Positions 59,943-64,000 of a stretch of 64,000 nucleotides of DNA are shown here, piece after piece. The stretch spans positions 32,001-96,000 of the forward strand of contig JBPOFY010000007.1 in assembly GCA_051252375.1 (NCBI GenBank), written 5' to 3'. The stretch comes from Opitutaceae bacterium. GTDB taxonomy: Bacteria > Verrucomicrobiota > Verrucomicrobiia > Opitutales > Coraliomargaritaceae. How positions within the stretch are numbered: the first letter of the stretch is position 1; each line of letters begins with the position of its first letter. The notes beneath the pieces were generated by a model. It saw nothing but the letters and a program-made list of their open reading frames with translations. It had not been told where the DNA came from and made no database searches. Both the position numbers and the translations under genes were made by a program.

Positions 59943-61964
59943 ATGATGAAGAACTATATAATGATTGCGACTGCCAGTCTGTGTGCAGCTTTCGCGCAGG
60001 CGGAAACATCGGTGTTGGTTGAAACCGCCTCGTCATCGAGCGGCTTTAAGGAACTCGCAGTTCCTTTGACTAGCCATTACGGACAGCCAAGCTTTGACCG
60101 TAAGGTCACCTCAAATCATACTACCAGCAATGACCCGCTGAGAGTATTGACCGACGGTCGACTCGCAGAGGAGTTTGGGCCGATTTTTGCGAATAATGTC
60201 AGCGATGGTGCTTATAAAATGGACCTTGGTGCTGTGCGTGCTGTTTCGACCATCACCAGTTGGTCGCATAATCAAGTCGGTCGACGCGGGGCGCAGAAGC
60301 TGACGATCTACGGTAGTGATGGCACGACTGATCCGGGCTGGGATCTGAGTCAATATGCGGAACTGGGTAAAGTTGATACGGGTGCTCCCAATGCAACATT
60401 TACCGCTGCATCTTTGCGTGACAGCTCTGGGGGCTCACTGGGAAGCTTTCGTTGGATCGTTTGGGCCGTCTCTCCATCAGCAGCGGGGGAGAATACCGCC
60501 TATCAGGAATTTGCGGTTGATGCTGAACCAACCAAAGAGGAAAAGGCTTTCGCTGCGATTAAGCGCCCCAACATTGTCTTCCTGCTGACGGACGACCAGC
60601 GTTGGGATACGCTCGGGTGCTATGGGCGCACGGATGTGATCACTCCGAACATTGATAAACTAGCTGCGCAAGGGGTGGCTTTTGATAACGCTTTCTATGC
60701 TGTCGCGATTTGTATGCCAAGTCGTGCCACTATGTTTACTGGTCGTTACTTCTCAGACCACCAGTCTGGATTCACCTATCCTTATAATCGCGCGCTGACG
60801 AAAGAGGAGTTTACGGATAGCTATCCAGCTAAGCTGAAAGATGTTGGATATCGCACCGGTTTCGTGGGCAAGTTTGGCATTCGTCTCGAAGGCTCTAACC
60901 AGACTGCGATCGAACACTTTGATTATTTCGTTAGCGGCAATAACCCAGTCACCCCCAAAGATGATCCCGGCTTGAAACATATTTATCGTAAAGATCGGCC
61001 AGCGAACGAGCGAACACTGAAGAAGGGCGATGCCATGATTCGTTTCCTAGAGACACAACCAGAGGGGCAACCTTTCTGTCTCTCCATCAGTTTCGATGCG
61101 GTTAAGAATGACCGCGACAGCGACATGTATCCACCCCATGTGGAAGTCTTGAAGGACATGCAAATGTGGGTCCCGCCCAATTGGGTCGAGGGTAAGAGCG
61201 AGCGCTTGCCTAAACTGCTCGATTATTGCCGCGGCACTTATTTGCACGTGGCGCGCACCTCGACGCCAGAGGAATATCAAAGACGAACACGCCGCTTTGC
61301 GGTGCAGGGCTACACCGTCGATAAGCAAGTGGAGCGTCTCATGGCCAAGCTCGAAGAAATGGGCGTATTGGATAACACCATCGTTATTTACACCAGCGAC
61401 AATGGTCGATTCCACGGATCGCAGGGACTCTTTGATAAGGCGATCCTCTACGAGGAATCAATGAAGCAACCACTGATCGTTTTTGATGGTCGCGCACCTA
61501 AGTCCCAGCATGGTAAGCGAGTGGATGCGATGGTGTCATCAGTTGATGTGGCGCCAACCATTCTTTCTTTGGCAGGACTAGAAGTTCCCGAGCGCATGAA
61601 AGGAGTCGACTTGAGCGGACTTCTAGCAGGCACGCAGGATATGTCCGAGTGGCGTGATAGTGTTCTGATGGAAAACTTCTTCCTTCAGGAAATTCACTCG
61701 GCGGGTAATAAGAATCATCCCGATATTCCAGCACTCAATAAGGAGATCATCGCAGGTAACCGCTCTTATCGCACTCAAGGTGTGCGCACCGAGCGTTTTA
61801 AATACTTTAAGTATCATGAGCACGATCCCGTGATTGAAGAACTCTACGATCTTGAAGCCGACCCATACGAGCAGAACAACCTCATCTCCAATCCGGAATA
61901 CGCAGAGGTGCTCTCAAGGCTTCAACAGAAGACTGAGCAACTAATTACTGAGGCAACCGAATAG
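59943..61964 (+). CDS. S1 sulfatase with an N-terminal discoidin-like module
   Basis: Signal peptide from ATG 59943/59946; module homologous to those of the 24621 and 27609 genes; RPNIVFLLTDDQRWD, CMPSR, TSDNG. Confidence 0.9.
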   Translation: MMKNYIMIATASLCAAFAQAETSVLVETASSSSGFKELAVPLTSHYGQPSFDRKVTSNHTTSNDPLRVLTDGRLAEEFGPIFANNVSDGAYKMDLGAVRAVSTITSWSHNQVGRRGAQKLTIYGSDGTTDPGWDLSQYAELGKVDTGAPNATFTAASLRDSSGGSLGSFRWIVWAVSPSAAGENTAYQEFAVDAEPTKEEKAFAAIKRPNIVFLLTDDQRWDTLGCYGRTDVITPNIDKLAAQGVAFDNAFYAVAICMPSRATMFTGRYFSDHQSGFTYPYNRALTKEEFTDSYPAKLKDVGYRTGFVGKFGIRLEGSNQTAIEHFDYFVSGNNPVTPKDDPGLKHIYRKDRPANERTLKKGDAMIRFLETQPEGQPFCLSISFDAVKNDRDSDMYPPHVEVLKDMQMWVPPNWVEGKSERLPKLLDYCRGTYLHVARTSTPEEYQRRTRRFAVQGYTVDKQVERLMAKLEEMGVLDNTIVIYTSDNGRFHGSQGLFDKAILYEESMKQPLIVFDGRAPKSQHGKRVDAMVSSVDVAPTILSLAGLEVPERMKGVDLSGLLAGTQDMSEWRDSVLMENFFLQEIHSAGNKNHPDIPALNKEIIAGNRSYRTQGVRTERFKYFKYHEHDPVIEELYDLEADPYEQNNLISNPEYAEVLSRLQQKTEQLITEATE

Positions 61965-62014
61965 ACGATTCATCCTTCTGCGCAAACATTGAGAGATTGC
62001 CCCGGTCTTTTGCT

Positions 62015-63124
62015 CTAGCTTCTTGTGCTAGTGCGAAACTTTAGGGGCGGCACACCAACCTGTTTTTTGAAGGTATTGCTGAAGTGCGGTGCATGGCAGA
62101 ATCCGGTGAGTGCGGCGATGGTTTCTATCGGTTCATCTGAATAGCTCAACAGTCTCTTGGCTTCTTTGAGTCGTAGATGAATTAGATGCTCTCTGATAGA
62201 ACTGTGTAGGCTGGCGCGAAAGCGTGTTTCTAGGCTGCGTCGGCTGAGGTTGAATTTTTCGGCGATTTCACTGGTGCCAATGGAGCGCCTGTATTCAGAT
62301 TGCAGATGCTCCAGGACTTGACGAATCAGAGGGTCGGTGACTGCTAGGGCGTCGGTGCTTTGGCGCACGGTGATGCCCCGCGGTGGGATTAGTTTTATAC
62401 GCTCTTTCAGAGTTTCTCCATTCATCAAACGATCGAGCATCGCGGCACCTTCGTAACCGATCGTTTTCAAATCATGGCGGACACTGGAAAGTGGAACGGC
62501 TTGGTTATCGCAAATCAGCAAGTTGTCGTCGGCACCAAGTATGGCGACATCCTCGGGCACGCGAATCCCTTCTTCGATACATAAATTAGAGAGCCATGCG
62601 GCATCGTAATCACTCTTCGTATAAATCGCACATGGCTTTGGGAGCTCATGGAGCCTTTGCTTGATATAGATTGCATCTTGGCTACGAACAGTGTCGAGAC
62701 GTATACATTCTATACCAGCTACGGCGAGACAGCTACTATAAGCTGAATAACGCGCACGGCTCACAGGGTTACTTGCGAGAGCGAACCATGCGCAATTCTG
62801 GTGCCCCATCTCGAGAAAGTGCTCCGCACCAAGTTTGCCGATCATCTCGTTGTCGGCAACGACGCGCGGGAGATCGATGTCCTCGCGCCAAATCGACAGG
62901 TCAACGGTGGGCACATTTGCATTCAGCACGAATTCTTCAAGTGTGCGGCTGTTGTTGAGCGATGTGATGATGCCGTCGCCTTGCCATTGTTCTGGAAGCT
63001 GGAAATCTTTCAGGATGCTAACATTGAGATGCCAGCCGTGCTGACCTGCATATTGTGCGATCCCTTCGTGGGCAGATTGGTCGTAACTGCCTAGTATCAT
63101 CCACACATGTTTGAATTGTGCCAT
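62015..63124 (-). CDS. XylR-type transcriptional regulator (LacI-like sugar-binding domain plus AraC HTH)
   Basis: GIAQYA..HGW, DNEMIGKLGAEHF, VPEDVAILGADD, PLSSV, RQSTD, C-terminal IAALTGF..APHFSNTFKKQVG..P. Confidence 0.9.
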   Translation of the reverse strand: MAQFKHVWMILGSYDQSAHEGIAQYAGQHGWHLNVSILKDFQLPEQWQGDGIITSLNNSRTLEEFVLNANVPTVDLSIWREDIDLPRVVADNEMIGKLGAEHFLEMGHQNCAWFALASNPVSRARYSAYSSCLAVAGIECIRLDTVRSQDAIYIKQRLHELPKPCAIYTKSDYDAAWLSNLCIEEGIRVPEDVAILGADDNLLICDNQAVPLSSVRHDLKTIGYEGAAMLDRLMNGETLKERIKLIPPRGITVRQSTDALAVTDPLIRQVLEHLQSEYRRSIGTSEIAEKFNLSRRSLETRFRASLHSSIREHLIHLRLKEAKRLLSYSDEPIETIAALTGFCHAPHFSNTFKKQVGVPPLKFRTSTRS

Positions 63125-63232
63125 TTGCGCATTATTGCAGATAGCTTAAATATTATGCAATTACCATCTTTGACAAGTTGTGCTAGTTTGCGTGCACTTC
63201 ATTATCAAGTAACTACCCAATAAAGACATATT

Positions 63233-64000
63233 ATGGCCATCGATATTAAATCTGCTGAATCTTGTGAATACGCCTGCATCTCTCTTGGTGAGGTGATGCT
63301 ACGACTCGACCCAGGTGAGGGGCGCGTTCATACAACTCGTCAATTCACTGCTTGGGAAGGCGGCGGCGAATACAATGTAGCGCGCGGTCTACGTCGCTGC
63401 TTCGGTCTGAAGACCGCGGTTGTCACTGCTTTTGCCGACAATCCAGTGGGTCGTCTCGTTGAAGATTTCATTCTTCAAGGTGGAGTGGACACGCAATTCA
63501 TCAAGTGGGTGGACTACGACGGCATCGGCCGCACCGTTCGCAACGGTATGAACTTCACTGAGCGTGGCTTTGGCATTCGCGGCGCAGTGGGCTGCCCGGA
63601 CCGCGGAAACACCGCTGCCAGTCAAATCAAGCCAGGCGATATCGACTGGGAAGATATTTTTGGAAAACGTGGCGTGCGCTGGTTTCACACTGGTGGTATT
63701 TACGCGGCGCTGAGCGCGACCACTCCTGATGTGGTGCTTGAAGCAGTCAAGTGCGCGAAAAAGCACGGCACGATTGTCAGCTATGACTTAAACTACCGTC
63801 CATCACTTTGGAAGGACTTCGGGGGTCTCGCTAAATGCCAAGAAGTGAATCGCGAGATTGCTAAATACGTCGACGTAATGATCGGCAACGAAGAAGACTT
63901 TACCGCATGCTTAGGTTTCGAAGTCGAAGGCGTGGACGAAAATATTTCTCACATCCCAGTTGAAGCATTTAAGAACATGATCGCGACAGCGACAAAGGAG
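63233..64000 (+). CDS. kdgK: PfkB-family sugar kinase, probably 2-keto-3-deoxygluconate kinase; truncated at the window end and absent from the ORF track
   Basis: ATG at 63233 reads MAIDIKSAESCEYACISLGEVMLRLDP...GGGEYNVA...WFHTGGI...SYDLNYRPSLW...GNEED, open to base 64000. Confidence 0.85.
   Translation, partial: MAIDIKSAESCEYACISLGEVMLRLDPGEGRVHTTRQFTAWEGGGEYNVARGLRRCFGLKTAVVTAFADNPVGRLVEDFILQGGVDTQFIKWVDYDGIGRTVRNGMNFTERGFGIRGAVGCPDRGNTAASQIKPGDIDWEDIFGKRGVRWFHTGGIYAALSATTPDVVLEAVKCAKKHGTIVSYDLNYRPSLWKDFGGLAKCQEVNREIAKYVDVMIGNEEDFTACLGFEVEGVDENISHIPVEAFKNMIATATKE

Noticed and set aside
61976..62000. TGCGCA-containing sequence resembling the one at 63125
   Set aside because: The match is short and lies between convergent gene ends, so it is too weak to call an operator.
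784..63766. Numerous 60-220 aa alternative-frame and antisense ORFs (e.g. 9228-9854 +, 31230-31832 -, 36181-36831 -, 47079-47750 -, 63389-63766 -)
   Set aside because: They overlap well-supported genes and have no recognisable motifs; they are expected shadows of codon bias and Gly/Thr/Ser-rich repeats.
1..64000. Mobile elements, prophage, tRNA/rRNA, CRISPR or defence systems
   Set aside because: No transposase, integrase, phage, cas or structural-RNA signatures were seen; the duplications are confined to coding modules and promoter or terminator cassettes.

Overview
A 64-kb, mostly plus-strand sulfated-polysaccharide utilisation locus. It is most likely for fucoidan or another fucose-containing sulfated glycan. 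The host is probably a Verrucomicrobiota (Opitutales, Coraliomargarita/Lentimonas-like) genome, inferred from the PEP-CTERM proteins, the Verrucomicrobia-type giant pilin-like protein and the gene content. The left part (1-24.3 kb) holds an F-type lectin domain, a GH95-like fucosidase, three large autotransporter-repeat surface proteins (two with PEP-CTERM), a TRAP transporter, a NarL-type two-component pair with a discoidin-like sensor, and a 1236-aa GspK/PilX-like pilin with a partner gene. The right part (24.6-62 kb) is a dense enzyme array: four GH141-like beta-helix/PDZ proteins, nine Cys-type S1 sulfatases, GH97, GH172/DUF2961, a SASA esterase, an alpha/beta hydrolase, a putative beta-propeller glycosidase, a PhoD-like and a histidine phosphatase. 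It ends with a XylR-type regulator divergent from kdgK. The most notable observations are: (i) a CCCCC-N7-GGGGG-type palindrome at a near-fixed distance from a -10 box before five transcription units; (ii) no SusC/D in the window, but an orphan giant pilin-tip protein and beta-helical surface proteins under that same motif; (iii) a mobile ~165-aa discoidin-like module on three different enzymes; (iv) an in-frame GH141/sulfatase chimera with a sharp junction; (v) non-canonical catalytic residues in the GH97, the GH95 and three paralogous sulfatases. Family calls come from motif recognition only; no database searches were run. No rRNA, tRNA, CRISPR array or mobile element was seen.
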